Assembly: GCA_048128005.1 (NCBI GenBank)
Contig: JBEUKZ010000096.1
Location: 124,001-188,000, forward strand
DNA from: Veleropilina oligotropha
Taxonomy: Eukaryota
Direction: 5' to 3'
Length of the DNA: 64,000 nucleotides
Shown: piece after piece, positions 38,301 to 51,924 of the stretch
Position numbering within the stretch: position 1 is the first letter of the stretch
How the letters are laid out: each line of letters begins with the position of its first letter
Notes under the pieces: model-generated
What the model was told of the DNA's origin: nothing
Database searches by the model: none
What the model saw: the letters and a program-made list of their open reading frames with translations, nothing else
Made by a program: the position numbers and the translations under genes

Positions 38301-41300
38301 CTCTTTAGTTTAAAGATGCATCGTATTACTTGATGTTTCATTTTTCAAGGATATCACATCGTCAGCATGTTCATTATAAGTATATGAGATCGTCTGCGTG
38401 TTGATTATAAGGATGTCAGATCGTCTGCATGTTCATTATAAGGATATCAGATCGTCTGCATGTTCATTATAAGGACATCAGATCGTCTGCATGTTCATTA
38501 TAAGTATATCAGATCGTCTGCATGTTCATTGTAACTATATCAGATCGTCTGTATGTTCATTATAAGGATATCATATCGTCTGCATGTTCATTATAAGGAT
38601 ATCAGATCGTCTGAATGTTCATTGTAAGTATATCAGATCGTCTGCATGTTCATTATAAGTATATCAGATCGTCTGCATGTTCATTATAAGTATATCAGAT
38701 CGTCTGCATGTTCATTATAAGTATAGCAGATCGTCTGTATGTTCATTGTAAGGATATCAGATCGTCTGCATGTTCATTATAAGGATATCAGATCGTCTGC
38801 ATGTTCATTAAAAGAGATCAGATCGTCTGCATGTTCATTATAAGTATATCAGATCGTCTGTATGTTCATTATAAGGGTATCAGATGGTCTGAATGTTCAT
38901 TGTAAGTATATCAGATCGTCTGTATGTTAATTATAAGGATATCAGATCGTCTGCATGTTCATTATAAGGATACCGGATCGTCTGAATGTTCATTAAAAGG
39001 ATATCAGATCGGCAGCATGTTCATTAAAAGGAGATCAGATCGTCTGCATGTTCATTAAAAGGATATCAGATCGTCTGCATGTTCATTATAAGGATATCAT
39101 ATCGTCTGCATGTTCATTATAAGGATATCAGATCGTCTGCATGTTCATTATAAGGAAATCAGATCGTCAGCATGTTCATTATAAGTATATCAGATCGCCT
39201 GCAAGCTCATTAAAAATATATCAGATCGTCTGCATGTTCGTTATAAGGATATCAGATCGTCTGAATGTTCATCAAAATGATATCAGATCGTCTGCATATT
39301 CATTAAAAGAATATCAGATCGTCTGCATGTTCATTATAAGAATATCAGATCATCTGCATGTTCATTAAAATGATATCAGATCGTCTGCATGTTCATTAAA
39401 ATGATATCAGATCGTCTGCATGTTCATTATTCGGATATCAGATCGTCTGAATGTTCATTATGAGGATATCAGATCGTCTGCATGTTCATTATATGAATAT
39501 CAGATCGTCTGCATGTTCATTATAAGGATACCGGATCGTCTGCATGTTCATTATAAGGATATCAGATCGTCTGCATGTTCATTATAAGAATATCAGATCG
39601 TCTGCATGTTCATTATAAGGATATCAGATCGTCTGCATGTTCATTATAAGGATATCAGATCGTCTGCATGTTCATTATAAGGATATCAGATCGTCTGCAT
39701 GTTCATTATAAGAATATCAGACAGTCTACATGTTCATTATAAGAATATCAGATCGTCTGCATGTTCATTGTAAGGATATCAGATCGTCTGCATGTTCATT
39801 ATAAGGATATCAGATCGTCTGCATGTTCATTATAAGAATATCAGATCGTCTGCATGTTCATTATAAGGATATCAGATCGTCTGCATGTTCATTATAAGGA
39901 TATCAGATCGTCTGCATGTTCATTATAAGGATATCAGATCGTCTGCATGTTCATTATAAGGACATCAGACAGTCTACATGTTCATTATAAGAATATCAGA
40001 TCGTCTGCATGTTCATTGTAATGATATCAGATCGTCTGCATGTTCATTATAAGTATATCAGATCGTCCGCATGTTCATTATAAGGATATGAGATCGTCTG
40101 CATGTTCATTATAATGATATCAGACAGTCTACATGTTCATTATAAGAATATCAGATCGTCAGCATGTTCATTATAAGGATATCAGATCGTCTGCATGTTC
40201 ATTATAAGGATATCAGATCGTCTGCATGTTCATTATAAGGATATCAGGTCGTCAGCATGTTCATCATAAGTATATCAGATCGCCTGCATGCTCATTAAAA
40301 ATATATCAGATCGTCTGCATGTTCGTTATAAGGATATCAGATCGTCTGAATGTTCATCAAAATGATATCAGATCGTCTGCATATTCATTAAAAGGATATC
40401 AGATCGTTTGCATGTTCATTAAAAGAATATCAGATCATCTGCATGTTCATTAAAATGATATCAGATCGTCTGCATGTTCATTAAAATGATATCAGATCGT
40501 CTACATGTTCATTATTAGGATATCAGATCGTCTGCATGTTCATTAAAATGATATCAGATCGTCTGCATGTTCATTATAAAGATATCAGATCGTCTGCATG
40601 TTCATCAAAATGATATCAGATCGTCTGCATGTTCATTATAAAGATATCAGATCGTCTGCATGTTCATTAAAAGGATATCAAATCGTCTGCATGTTCATTA
40701 TAAGTATATAAGATCGTCTGCATGTTCACTATAAGGATAACAGATCGTCTGCATGTTCATTAAAAGGATATCAGATCGTCTGCATGTTCATTAAAAGGAT
40801 ATCGTATCGTCTGCATGTTCATCAAAAGATATCAGATCGTCTGAATGTTCATTATAAGGATATCAGATCGTCTGCATGTTCATTAAAATGATATCAGATC
40901 GTCTGCATGTTCATTATTCGGATATCAGATCGTCTGAATGTTCATTATGAGGATATCAGATCGTCTGCATGTTCATTATATGAATATCAGATCGTCTGCA
41001 TGTTCATTATAAGGATACCGGATCGTCTGCATGTTCATTATAAGGATATCAGATCGTCTGCATGTTCATTATAAGAATATCAGATCGTCTGCATGTTCAT
41101 TATAAGGATATCAGATCATCTGCATGTTCATTATAAGGATATCAGATCGTCTGCATGTTCATTATAATGATATCAGATCGTCTGCATGTTCATTATAATG
41201 ATATCAGACAGTCTACATGTTCATTATATGAATATCAGATCGTCTGCATGTTCATTGTAAGGATATCAGACAGTCTACATGTTCATTATAAGAATATCAG

Positions 41301-43389
41301 ATCGTCTGCATGTTCATTGTAAGGATATCAGTTCGTCTGCATGTTCATTATAAGGATATGAGATCGTCTGCATGTTCATTATAAGAATATCAGATCGTCT
41401 GCATGTTCATTATAAGGATATCAGATCGTCTGCATGTTCATTATAAGGATATCAGATCGTCTGCATGTTCATTATAAGGATATCAGATCGTCTGCATGTT
41501 CATTATAAGGATATCAGATCGTCTGCATGTTCATTATAAGGATATCAGACAGTCTACATCTTCATTATAAGAATATCAGATCGTCAGCATGTTCATTATA
41601 AGGATATCAGATCGTCTGCATGTTCATTATAAGGATATCAGATCTTCTGCATGTTCATTATAAGGATATCAGGTCGTCAGCATGTTCATCATAAGTATAT
41701 CAGATCGCCTGCATGCTCATTAAAAATATATCAGATCGTCTGCATGTTCGTTATAAGGAGGCGGCCGCTTCGGTAGCGCAGTGGGTAGAGTGTCCACTCT
41801 AAATTCACTGGCTTGTTTCCGCTGACGCGAACAGTAGTGGGATCGACCCCCGGCTGAGGCAGCACACATTTGTTCAAGTTATGAAGCACAGTTGTCCGTG
41901 ACTGGCCGAAGAGGGCGGGTTTACCCGGCGACCGGGGTTTCCTCCCGCGATAACACGGACATGTCCTGCCTTGAACCTCGATGTTATAAATATACAGGAC
42001 ATTAAGCATAATTCCTCCTCCTCGTTATAAGGATATCAGATCGTCTGAATGTTCATCAAAATGATATCAGATCGTCTGCATATTCATTAAAAGGATATCA
42101 GATCGTTTGCATGTTCATTATAAGAATATCAGATCATCTGCATGTTCATTAAAATGATATCAGATCGTCTGCATGTTCATTAAAATGATATCATATCGTC
42201 TACATGTTCATTATTAGGATATCAGATCGTCTGCATGTTCATTAAAATGATATCAGATCGTCTGCATGTTCATTATAAAGATATCAGATCGTCTGCATGT
42301 TCATCAAAATGATATCAGATCGTCTGCATGTTCATTATAAAGATATCAGATCGTCTGCATGTTCATTAAAAGGATATCAAATCGTCTGCATGTTCATTAT
42401 AAGTATATAAGATCGTCTGCATGTTCACTATAAGGATAACAGATCGTCTGCATGTTCATTAAAAGGATATCAGATCGTCTGCATGTTCATTATAAGTATA
42501 TCAGATCGTCTGCATGTTCATTAAAAGGATATCAGATCGTCTGCATGTTCATTGTAAGGATGTCAGATCGCCTGCATGTTCATTAAAAGGATATCGTATC
42601 GTCTGCATGTTCATCAAAAGATATCAGATCGTCTGAATGTTCATTATAAGAATATCAGATCGTCTGAATGTTCATTATGAGGATATCAGATCGTCTGCAT
42701 GTTCATTATAAGAATATCAGATCTTCTGCATGTTCATGATACGGATATCGGATCGTCTGCACGTTCATTATAATTAAGGATATCAGATCGTCTGCATGTT
42801 CATTATAAGAATATCAGATCGTCTGCATGTTCATTATAAGGATATCAGATCGTCTGCATGTTCATTATAAGGATATCAGATCGTCTGCATGTTCATTATA
42901 AGGATATCAGATCGTCTGCATGTTCATTATAAGGATATCAGACAGTCTACATGTTCATTATAAGGATATCCGATCGTCTGCATGTTCATTAAAATATATC
43001 AGATCGTCTGCATGTTCATTAAAATATATCAGATCGTCTGTATGTTCTTTAAAAGGATATCAAATCGTCTGCATGTTCATTATAAGGATATCAGATCGTC
43101 TGCATGCTCATTAAATGGACATATTATTGTCAACATGTTCATTTGCTTGGACATCATATTTTCGTTTGCTATTTCATTTGCAGGTACATCATATCGGCTG
43201 ATGTTTCTTTTTCAAGTACGTCTTATTGTGTACCTTTTCGTTTTCAGGGACATCCAACCGAAGGAGACATGGTCGACCACGCTGTCTCTGACCCCATGGA
43301 AGCGAGGCGTTCGGCAGGTGACCGCGAGCTTCGACTGCCCGCAACTCCGTGACATCACCGGTTACTCGACGTTGCAAGTGGAACATTGA
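23355..43389 (+). CDS. Protein-glutamine gamma-glutamyltransferase (transglutaminase), 15 coding exons, ~876 aa
   Basis: Exons 23355-23790, 24270-24518, 29263-29541, 30050-30168, 31260-31373, 31724-31898, 32201-32330, 32681-32784, 33792-33963, 34367-34488, 35083-35171, 35520-35721, 37471-37631, 37889-38025, 43248-43389 (2631 nt, all phases compatible). Motifs [21 protein letters not shown], catalytic YGQCWVF (Cys), NFHVWNE (His), [11 protein letters not shown] (Asp), [14 protein letters not shown]. Exon 1 is the least certain. Confidence 0.93.
24730..25139. mobile_element. MITE with CAGGCGCGGATCCAGG TIRs and 5-bp TSD GTTAA
   Basis: 16-bp perfect TIR; GTTAA at 24725-24729 and 25140-25144. Confidence 0.8.
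26172..28819 (+). mobile_element. pogo/Fot1-like (DDE_1) DNA transposon, internally deleted, with C-terminal PHD finger
   Basis: TIR GGGGAAGTACGTG(T/A)AATTTGGACC, TA TSD, repeated subterminal tgtaatttggacc motifs. Confidence 0.9.
26986..28413 (+). pseudogene. Disrupted DDE_1 transposase C-half + S/T-rich 90-bp repeats + PHD finger
   Basis: [37 protein letters not shown]. Stop at 27402-27404 and a frameshift near 28040. PHD CIVC...[15 protein letters not shown]...YYCDNC. Confidence 0.85.
30261..30864. repeat. Fold-back element: ~150-bp outer inverted repeats plus an inner ~110-bp palindrome (30580-30690)
   Basis: tccgtgtgaca...ttacttctaacttcttactt is mirrored by aagtaagaagttagaagtaa...tgtcacacgga; inner ctaacactgaccctaat / attagggtcagtgttag. 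Confidence 0.75.
34536..34829. mobile_element. Small MITE
   Basis: Inverted ends tttcggtacttccccc acag / ctgtggggaagtaccgaaa. Confidence 0.6.
36866..37124 (-). mobile_element. tRNA-derived SINE (V-domain-like), 12-bp TSD GTTGCAGATGGC
   Basis: A-box CAGCGCAGTGG, B-box GGTTCAATACC, GGGTTTACCCG...GGGTTTCCTCCC core, (TCC)n tail; TSD at 36854-36865 and 37125-37136. Confidence 0.88.
37185..37340. mobile_element. Short MITE (related copy at ~51341-51500)
   Basis: Ends aagccgcagcacac / gtgtgctgccggctt; shares cagcacactagccgat...tggaaca...attatttatc...cagtgataaataatgcccgatctca with the 51345 region. Confidence 0.6.
38350..43115. repeat. Intronic 30-31-bp tandem satellite (CATGTTCATTATAAGGATATCAGATCGTCTG)n, roughly 145 copies
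   Basis: Uninterrupted head-to-tail monomers except for one SINE insertion; variant blocks recur. Confidence 0.97.
41760..42023 (+). mobile_element. tRNA-derived SINE (same family as 36866-37124) inserted in the satellite
   Basis: A-box TAGCGCAGTGG, B-box-like GGATCGACCCC, (TCC)n tail; TSD GTTATAAGGA at 41750-41759 and 42024-42033. Confidence 0.9.
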
Positions 43390-45664
43390 AAATCAAAATG
43401 GCGACCCGATGTCATCCACGAATTTGATATATGGATTTAACTGATATTATAGTAGCCTATTTTATTTTAAATCTCCTATGGGACCCGCAACGTTCATGGA
43501 AAATGTTAACATGTTTGTAAGCAGTTCCAATACGTCTTTTAAAGATTGTATATATGCAATGGTAAAATATACCCCGTATCTTATCACTATCATTACTTGA
43601 TAAAAAATTTTTAAAGTTCAAAGTTTTACTATGCTTTCAATTTTCCATGAAACTGCTGAGTACACGTTGCAACAACTTCGTAAACGTCTCGCTAATCGTA
43701 ATGCATACCATGAGTTTGATATATGAACAATAAGACCAGAGGTAACAGCTTCTCCATTGTTCCATGTAATTGCCCAAACAATTAACAAAATATTTGTCAA
43801 GGTAACAGAATCCATGGTATATACCCATACTACATTGACAAGGGTAGCGCACTGGTGTCAACAATTTCATGCTCATAACTATTAGAATGCTAATGTTCAA
43901 TGTTAATCATTCAGTATTTGGGGGTATCTTGGTCGCATCTTTTAACACATGACACATTCGTTTCATAATGTTTATAAGTGACAATCAAAATATGCTCGCA
44001 CTTCAGTAATTTAACCTAGGTATAGTAAAATGCTCAATGTGTATATGCACTTTTAAAGTTTACAAATACTCTTTTTATATACATGTACTGTTTAATATTT
44101 TTGTATATATAAATATGTAATACTTGCAAATGAACAGATGTTCGAAAACGTTACTTCAAATAAAATTATATACTTTTCTTTATATTGTTTGTATTGTATA
44201 CAAATTATGTCGCAATTCTGTTTTGGATGGATATTACATGATTTGGTTCGAGTCTATGCTTAAAGGGACACTTTATACCCTAAAACGCATCTCACATTTT
44301 AGTAGTTCCCACAGTTCGGTTATGATTTTACGCTTTTCTAAGTCGACTTGTCCATGTTTCTTGGACACGACAATTAAGTCTCAAGTCTATCGCACGCTAT
44401 AAAATGGGTTTTATAAATAGTCACAGCCTCTTTCGAGGAAATCTAACTGCAGTGAATTTCCATGAATTCAAGGTATACAGTGCCCTTTAATGTCCCATTT
44501 TAACATTCTTCACGGTCTTATCCACTACACTATCGGTCGGCCCAGATGATCTAAGTTTCATATTGTAAATAAGAATGGTCGAGGGAATTAGTATAAATTT
44601 AAACAATTAAATTGTGCTGTGTAATATGTAGCATTAAATTTTAGAAGCGGTCGACATATGGGGCCTATTCGATTCGCACGTTCCTGGTTTTAAAACTAAT
44701 GGAACTACAGTTTTGTCATTTTTTTGGACGGCGTTCTCGTCCTCGGATCACTTTTTCTTGTTGTTATTTTCAGTCAGAACTACAGAACAGAAACAGAACT
44801 AAGAAAATGAAGGGTAATCTGATTGACAATATAGATTTAAAATAATAGGTAAACTAATTTATGTTACTTTGAATGTATGTATGCTTATATGTATGTATGT
44901 ACTTGTAGGCCAATATATATGCATATAAAGAAAAAAATATAATAAAATATTTAAATATATGCATATAATTTATGTATGTATATAAATATAATAATTTAAT
45001 GAAAAGATTAGATATATTATCGTACAAGATAGCCTGCGTACGTATTTTAAATGTAATTTTGTTCGTTAATTAGAAAATTAACTTTCTTATTATGATGTCG
45101 TTTAGCCGGTTCCGGGTCGGTTTTCGGTCGTCGACTTCATACGCTGCCAACGCGTGGAAACACGACCCAAAATGTGTACCGTTGAAACGTTTATTCCAAT
45201 GGCAAACTATACCAAAAGGTTCAGGTGTCAAATAAATATATACGGGGAACAAAACGTAACTTATTTTACCTCTATCGTTTAGCCAGTTCCGAATCGTTAT
45301 TTAATATTTGATTGTGATATTTGTTGGTTAGATTAATAACTTATTCAATGTGCACTGTTTCCCAATGCTGCAATGTAGGCTTACGCACGTGCGGTGCTGA
45401 ATCGATTATTTATGGAAGAATTAAAGGAACCCAATTATTTCTGTGCTAGACGATGTGAAAATTATGAATTCAATTAATATGTATGATAATACTAAGCAAT
45501 CTATAGTGGCGTTTATTTGTTAATTTGTGTATATATGTCGCTTAAAATTGAAGGAAAAAATCTCAACCGCTGCTGAAAAGTCCACCAGCTTATTGAAAGT
45601 GTAGCCTATACTGGTATGTTTAATAGATGCCATTTTCATTATTACAATCTTTTTTTAAATAAAA

Positions 45665-45920
45665 GGCCACCCAAGTAGTCGTGTGGCATCGAGTGCTGAC
45701 TTTGAAATCACTGGCATGGTTGCACAAACAGGAGTGAGTTTGAATCTCGGCTGCAGCATTAACATTCTTTGTTCAGATATCAATCACACCTGACAGTTGA
45801 CTTTAACTGGCCGGACATGTTTTCCCGGGCGATCAAGAATTCCTCCAGCGATAATATGGACATGTCCTGCCTTGAAAGAGATCGTTGTAAATATACAGGA
45901 CATTAATTGCAATATTTCCA
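45665..45920 (+). mobile_element. Older, diverged copy of the same SINE family
   Basis: Shares the 3' part ggacatgtcctgccttgaa...aaatatacaggacattaa and a degenerate tRNA-like head. Confidence 0.7.
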
Positions 45921-48044
45921 TCTTTGAATAAAAACTTCTTCATATATATGCGTCTTGGAAATCTATGGCACAGAAGTTTTTCCTGACGCATCACTCTTCA
46001 TGGTTGTTGCCTTTATAGTTGGTAAACTTGTTCGTTGGTGTTATCATGCGAGCATTTGTACTAAAAAATTTAACAAAGCTACTGACATGCTTTCATAACG
46101 TCATATGTTAGTTATGAGGTTATTAGGCATTCATATTGGACGTGCCTATATATATCAACATACCGATTGACGATATCTCGATACTTGGATTGGTGCAATG
46201 CTTAGAACTGGATGGATGCTGTAAACAAAAATGCCTTATTGGATAGAGACTGTGACATTAAAACAGAGATCATCATCCCAACGGTGTTGTAAAGTCTGAG
46301 AAGCAATGCAATCATACCATGAGCCGCAGTATTTTTGAAATACCAAAAGTGGTAACCTGGTTAACAGTCCTTCCGTGTGCCGAAGGAATATAGAAAATGT
46401 CTGTTTTACGACAACTTTTAGCAATTTTTCAGCTGTATCGTAGTCGGGACACCCGGTTTAAGGTCTCGCTCCGATCTGACCGACATACATTAGGGATACC
46501 GGTAATATGCCTTCTATTATTTTAATTAAGCGCTAGAACGGACCGCCGCTGATCTCGAACCCGAGACCAGCTAACAACTTCGGTTGAGAGTCTGACGTGC
46601 TAACCACTCACCCAGGTGGCGCATATATCCCAAGGGCTATTCCTTTTGCATTCGAAGATGGGTACCGGTACCGGTAATAGATGTTTAAAAACTGCATAAG
46701 AAAGCTTCCTGGTGATATTGCAAGGATTTGATCATTTGTACTATATGCATCATCCACATCGCGCATGTGTATTAAATTACAACTCATTCATTGACATAGC
46801 TGATACATATACATGTTTTCATTAATGAAACGTCATTTAGTTCGACCATTGTATATGATGCCCTGAAGATGATTTCAAGCTAAAACGTTTGACTTCGTTA
46901 AATTGCTGTCCGATCGAAGCTTGTACAGCTTACAATTACACATATATGATTGAGTGGGGATCGACTCATCGGTTCAGCACTTTATTCAGTTAACGATCTA
47001 GTTGTCCATTTTTCGATGCTGGTGCATTTTCTTATGTGACCGAACTTCCATCCTTCAATAATATGGACATGGCCTGGTATGATTACGAAAGGTGCTAAAA
47101 TAAGACATAGATCCAATCCATGTGGTCGAATATATGTCTTTTCAGTGCTGCTTTACGTGTTTTTGTTAATCACAAGTGACGAAACGTTGTTCGCTAAGCA
47201 TCGATCCAATTCATCACAAGACTTGAAAACATAGTTATCAACCTTACCGTCTCGCTTATTGCTGGTCACTTGTAGAACAATTGTCTTGGACATAGAAATA
47301 AGCAATTGTATATATGACAATTGACTTTCAATGATGCCTGGTATCCTTTCCATCTGCTAATAGTGCCGATCCAGTCTACACCAGAAATTGAACAGCCAAA
47401 TTTCAAATATAAGATTTATCTTTTCCTAATCTGAAATTTCTCCCATGTCTGTTCACCAAGAAAGGAATAACTCTGGATACATTCACATATGCTGTATAAT
47501 ATTTCTTGAGAATTGATTTTTTTTGACTGAAGATTCATCTAACAACAATATAGAACTGGCCTCAACAATTTGTGTAGTGTTGTATATATATATATATTGC
47601 TGTATCTTCTTCTTTAATAAAAAAAATACTGATAAAACATAGATGTGTAATGAAGTAAAAAGATATGTTTTTAGTATTTGCCGTGACAATCGGCCGACCT
47701 GATTTGCTCAGCGCTAAACCGCGCGGCCATTGCTCCGAGTGGGTGAACAAAATTACGTAGTGTCGCGTTAATATACACGCCAGAAATTGCATTTTTTGAA
47801 AATATGTAGTATATACATGTACCTTTCAAACAACTATGAAGAATATATCTGTCACAGAATATACTGTTAGAGACGGGGATCGACATAACAAACGATCCGG
47901 ACCTGACACATCCGGAACCAGCTAAACGACTGTACTTCAGTTTTAAAATTTATTTCTTTGAATTTATTCTTAGCAAAGTCAAGTGTTGTATGAACAGACT
48001 CGATGCTTCCATACATCTTTTATCGATGTTGACAGCAGCATAAT

Positions 48045-48546
48045 AGCCCTGTTGACACGTCCAAAGTAAAATCAAAATTAATCCGGATAACAGTTATCCA
48101 GATAACCGATAATAAACCACGTAACATTGTACCCGTTACACGGGCTTACTCTACACGGCCCGTATATTGCAAGTTAACCGGATAGAGTATAGCGCATGCG
48201 TAATTCAATAGCAGCAACTCATAATGGCGGACAATGAGAATGGAAGGAGGTTATTTTTATTTTATAAATTTGTATACCATCGCCCAATCTTCGCTATGGT
48301 TATACGCATTCGCGTCCTTAATTAGATACCGGATTGATTGACGAACCGTTCACACGGGCAAATTCAATCCGGATAACGCAAAATACCGAATTCAAATCTA
48401 CCTCAGTAGGTGGATTCAAATCCAGAAAAAACATCCGGATATTATGTACATGAACCGTTTACACGGCAAACAGTTATCCGGATGTATCTAGATAAGTAAG
48501 TATCCGGATTGAAATTCACTATTTTTGTGTTCGTGTCAACGCGGCT
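48045..48546. mobile_element. MITE (Harbinger-like ends)
   Basis: TIR agcc(c)tgttgacacg / cgtgtcaacgcggct; internal atccggat repeats. Confidence 0.65.
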
Positions 48547-50222
48547 ATTGTCTCGCAACACGAGTCCCTGGTTAATCACAAAATACGGACGGTCATTGTT
48601 TGGAGATATGGCGCATTGCGCGTACAGTTTGACCACATACTACGATATCAGTGTTGGCCACTCAATTTCTTAATTAATCATTACCGAACAATAAAATATC
48701 TCGCTTTTCACCCAAATCAGAATAAAATCAAAAGAAACAGCATTTGGTCAACGTAGGTATATAAATAGGCCTACTTAACATACATGCATGTACAAGGCCG
48801 TCGCCAGGATTTTGAAACCAATGTGAAGAGGGGGGATCGAAATATACTATGAATGTAGTATCAACGGCCTCGCTCTCTCCCCACGCGGATGAAAATTTTG
48901 ACGATTAATGGTGTGAATCCCCTTTGGTTCTATTCCTTTATACGACTCCAAATTTCTACTAAAGGCAAATGCAGCTTGCGATAAGATACAAGTGATGGGT
49001 ACGTAGTTGTATTGGCTTTACTAACGTATATACACCGGACCGCCCCGTGAGCCTGGACTGACAGAGGTTCTCCTGTTGCTAGTCCCCATGGATTTAACAG
49101 TTAGATCAATAATCTAATAATTGTTGCATGTTCATTTACCTAGTTGGAGCACAGTTGCGTGGTTTCTGCTCGTCAAGTAAAATAGTTTTCTATTGGACAA
49201 TAAGATAAGATGCTGAATCTACATTCGTATGATATTTCATATAAACGAAAACGATAAATACGATATGGTATCCATACATGACATGTTTTTAGGACGAAGG
49301 AAAAGTTAAAATGCAACAAAAGGTGTTGCTAGCATTTAATAATCTCTTCAGCCGACGTGGTATTTTATTCGAGCGCGTCAATCCTCCGGATAAGCCATCT
49401 TATCTCATTTATCGTTATTGGGTCAAACGTCACGTGGTCCCGTCGATTTGATTGACATCACAGAGCAAGCAAATGGAGTCGCAGCTACATCAGTGTGTAT
49501 CGGTTCGCTGAAATTGATGTATTGCTTTGAAACATATAGCTAGTTTCTCATAATTGTAGTATATGGCAGCAATACTAACATAATAACCTTATTTATTTCA
49601 CCAACTCGTTAGGCCTATTTCGCACCGCGACATTGTAATGGCCTGGGAATTCACTGTTTCAAGTGCTTCACTGTTTGTTTACAAGTTGAAGTAGCCGCAT
49701 CCAATTTTCATTGATCGCGTTATTTATTATTTCAAGTTTTTCGCATACATCCATTTTATAATCAGAAGCAGTCACAGTCGATAACGGCGGCCTGCCTCTA
49801 TTTCTCTTGTCGACATCCGCCATGGAAACCGATATAAACAAAACTCAGACACTGACGACCTAGAAATGACCCGGTATAAATAGATCGCGGGAGTGATTTA
49901 GGGCGGAGCTAAGTGACGTGTTGATTCCGCCAAGCTGTCGTTAATTTCCGTACAAATCTCGTGTACAATCGGCTCGAATTATGAGCGCGCGCTCATAATT
50001 CAATAAAAAAAATTCAAATATTTATTACTAAGTGAAAAACAATTTTGCCGTGTGTGGTAATCGCTGAAACGTCCTAACTATATGCAATAAATCAATGCAG
50101 AAAGTGTAAGATAGCACAGCATTTAAATACGTTTTAGCGATCTGAAGTAGATCCTGCATCTTTGACATGTATGGATCTTTATTTCATGTATCAAACAGTA
50201 AGGTAGCATACTTATATTGTTA

Positions 50223-50871
50223 CCGTATTTTCGCGCTTATAAGGGCATGCCCTTATAAGTGAAATATTGCGTTTTCATATGGACTTCAAAAATTAAACGT
50301 TCGCACTTATAAGGGCATGCCCTTGTATCCGGATATAAGGGCATGTCAATATTTCACTTATAAGGGCATGTACAATTATACGGCATATGTTTTGATAATA
50401 ATATACAAATGTATAGCCGTTTTTCTGTCTATTTTCTCATTTACCACACATCAAGCTATAATATTGATAATAATAATAAAGCTATTGATTAATATAAATA
50501 TAAAGGTGCCCTTATAACCGAGATAATGCCAGGAGATGCGCGCGCAGGCGTATATTTGTTTTGCGCGAGTATTGGGTTGGTGGGTGAGTGCCAGTGTGAT
50601 TGTGGTATCACTAATTAAGTCTTATAATACTATTTGGTAGTATAAGTTAATTAGAGACACAATTTATTTCATATATCAACTACATTCAAGCTAAATACGA
50701 TCGTTGCGATACGAGGCGGACGTATGAGAAAGCCATGCCCTTATAAGTGAAATATTTCATTTGAATATTTTCAAAAAATAAACGTTCTCACTTATAAGGG
50801 CATGCCCTTATATCCGGATATAAGGGCATACTCACTTATAAGGGCATGCCCTTATAAGCGCGAAAATACGG
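50223..50871. mobile_element. Tc1/mariner-type MITE with TA TSD
   Basis: TIR CCGTATTTTCGCGCTTATAAGGGCATGCCCTTATAAGTGA at both ends; TA flanks; repeated cttataagggcat motifs. Confidence 0.88.
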
Positions 50872-51924
50872 TATGTATGAATAAAAAATTGTATTATTAT
50901 TCCAATATACGCCAATTATTGCACGTCGTTGCGACATTTCTTGAGACATTTGACGATCCGCTTACTTCGTCCAGAATTTCGTCTAAAACACTAACCACAA
51001 TAATCTGTTTATTGAAAGCCATGGTGATTTATTAATAAATCGGAACTGTCACATTTGTTTATTAAACCGGTTCTCGGAACCTTAGGGGGTCATTCGCACT
51101 CTCCAGGCAAAGAGAATACGAAACGACGCCCAGGCTTATAGACTATGACTAGACTATGACTATGCTAGCATCGGACGAGGTTTATCCGGATGTGCGCAGA
51201 GGCCTGATGCGCATGATGCTATGACTATGCGAGCAGAGTGGGTCATTCGATTACAACGGTGGTTATCGGAACTGAATCCATTGCGCATCTCATATTTCTA
51301 GTTCCAGAACCGTGCAAATCGAATAGGCCATTGCCTTGTATTAAGCCCTCAGCACACTAGCCGATTTATCGTCTGGAACAGCCCCATTATTTATCGGACC
51401 TTTTCGGGGTATTCTGGCCCAGTGATAAATAATGCCCGATCTCATCAGACAACGTCCGATTATTTGTCGGAATGCATCCGACAAAAATCGACTCGAGCGC
51501 TGCGTGTTTTATGTGAATGGATACAAACTTGAAGCACATGTGATGTACTTAATTTGAATTGTTATGTACGACTTCACGCATAACACGCTTAGTATATCAA
51601 CGTCAAACAAATTAAGTAATAGATAATACTAGGACACTGCCAGCCCGAGCGCTATATGAAAATAACAGGCCGAGTGAGAACGAAGCTGTACGTTATGTTT
51701 ATAACGCCGAGGAGTGGCAGCCGTATTATTGTACCCATGTGATTACATTCCCAAATATGAAACACATAATACATCTTATATCACTTTATTGACATCGATT
51801 AAGATATTTAATAACAAATATAAAATTTTGCTTAAACTTTGCAATTGCATTGTTCAAACTAGCACTTATTAAATCTGTCCTTTTCCAATCATTATCCTTT
51901 GACATTGTTTTTGTGTTTAAAAAC

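Noticed and set aside
41760..41860. tRNA gene
   Set aside because: The tRNA-like head is followed by a SINE body, tail and TSD; no proper cloverleaf or oligo-T terminator.
38350..43115. CRISPR-like array or repeat-encoded ORFs (e.g. 39141-39368, 40226-40453)
   Set aside because: Monomers are contiguous with no unique spacers, there are no cas genes, and the array lies in a eukaryotic intron; the ORFs are translations of the satellite.
46860..46895. Isolated hammerhead-like CTGAAGATG...AAAACGTT motif
   Set aside because: No stem II pairing, GAAA absent and no adjacent Penelope ORF; at best a decayed relic.
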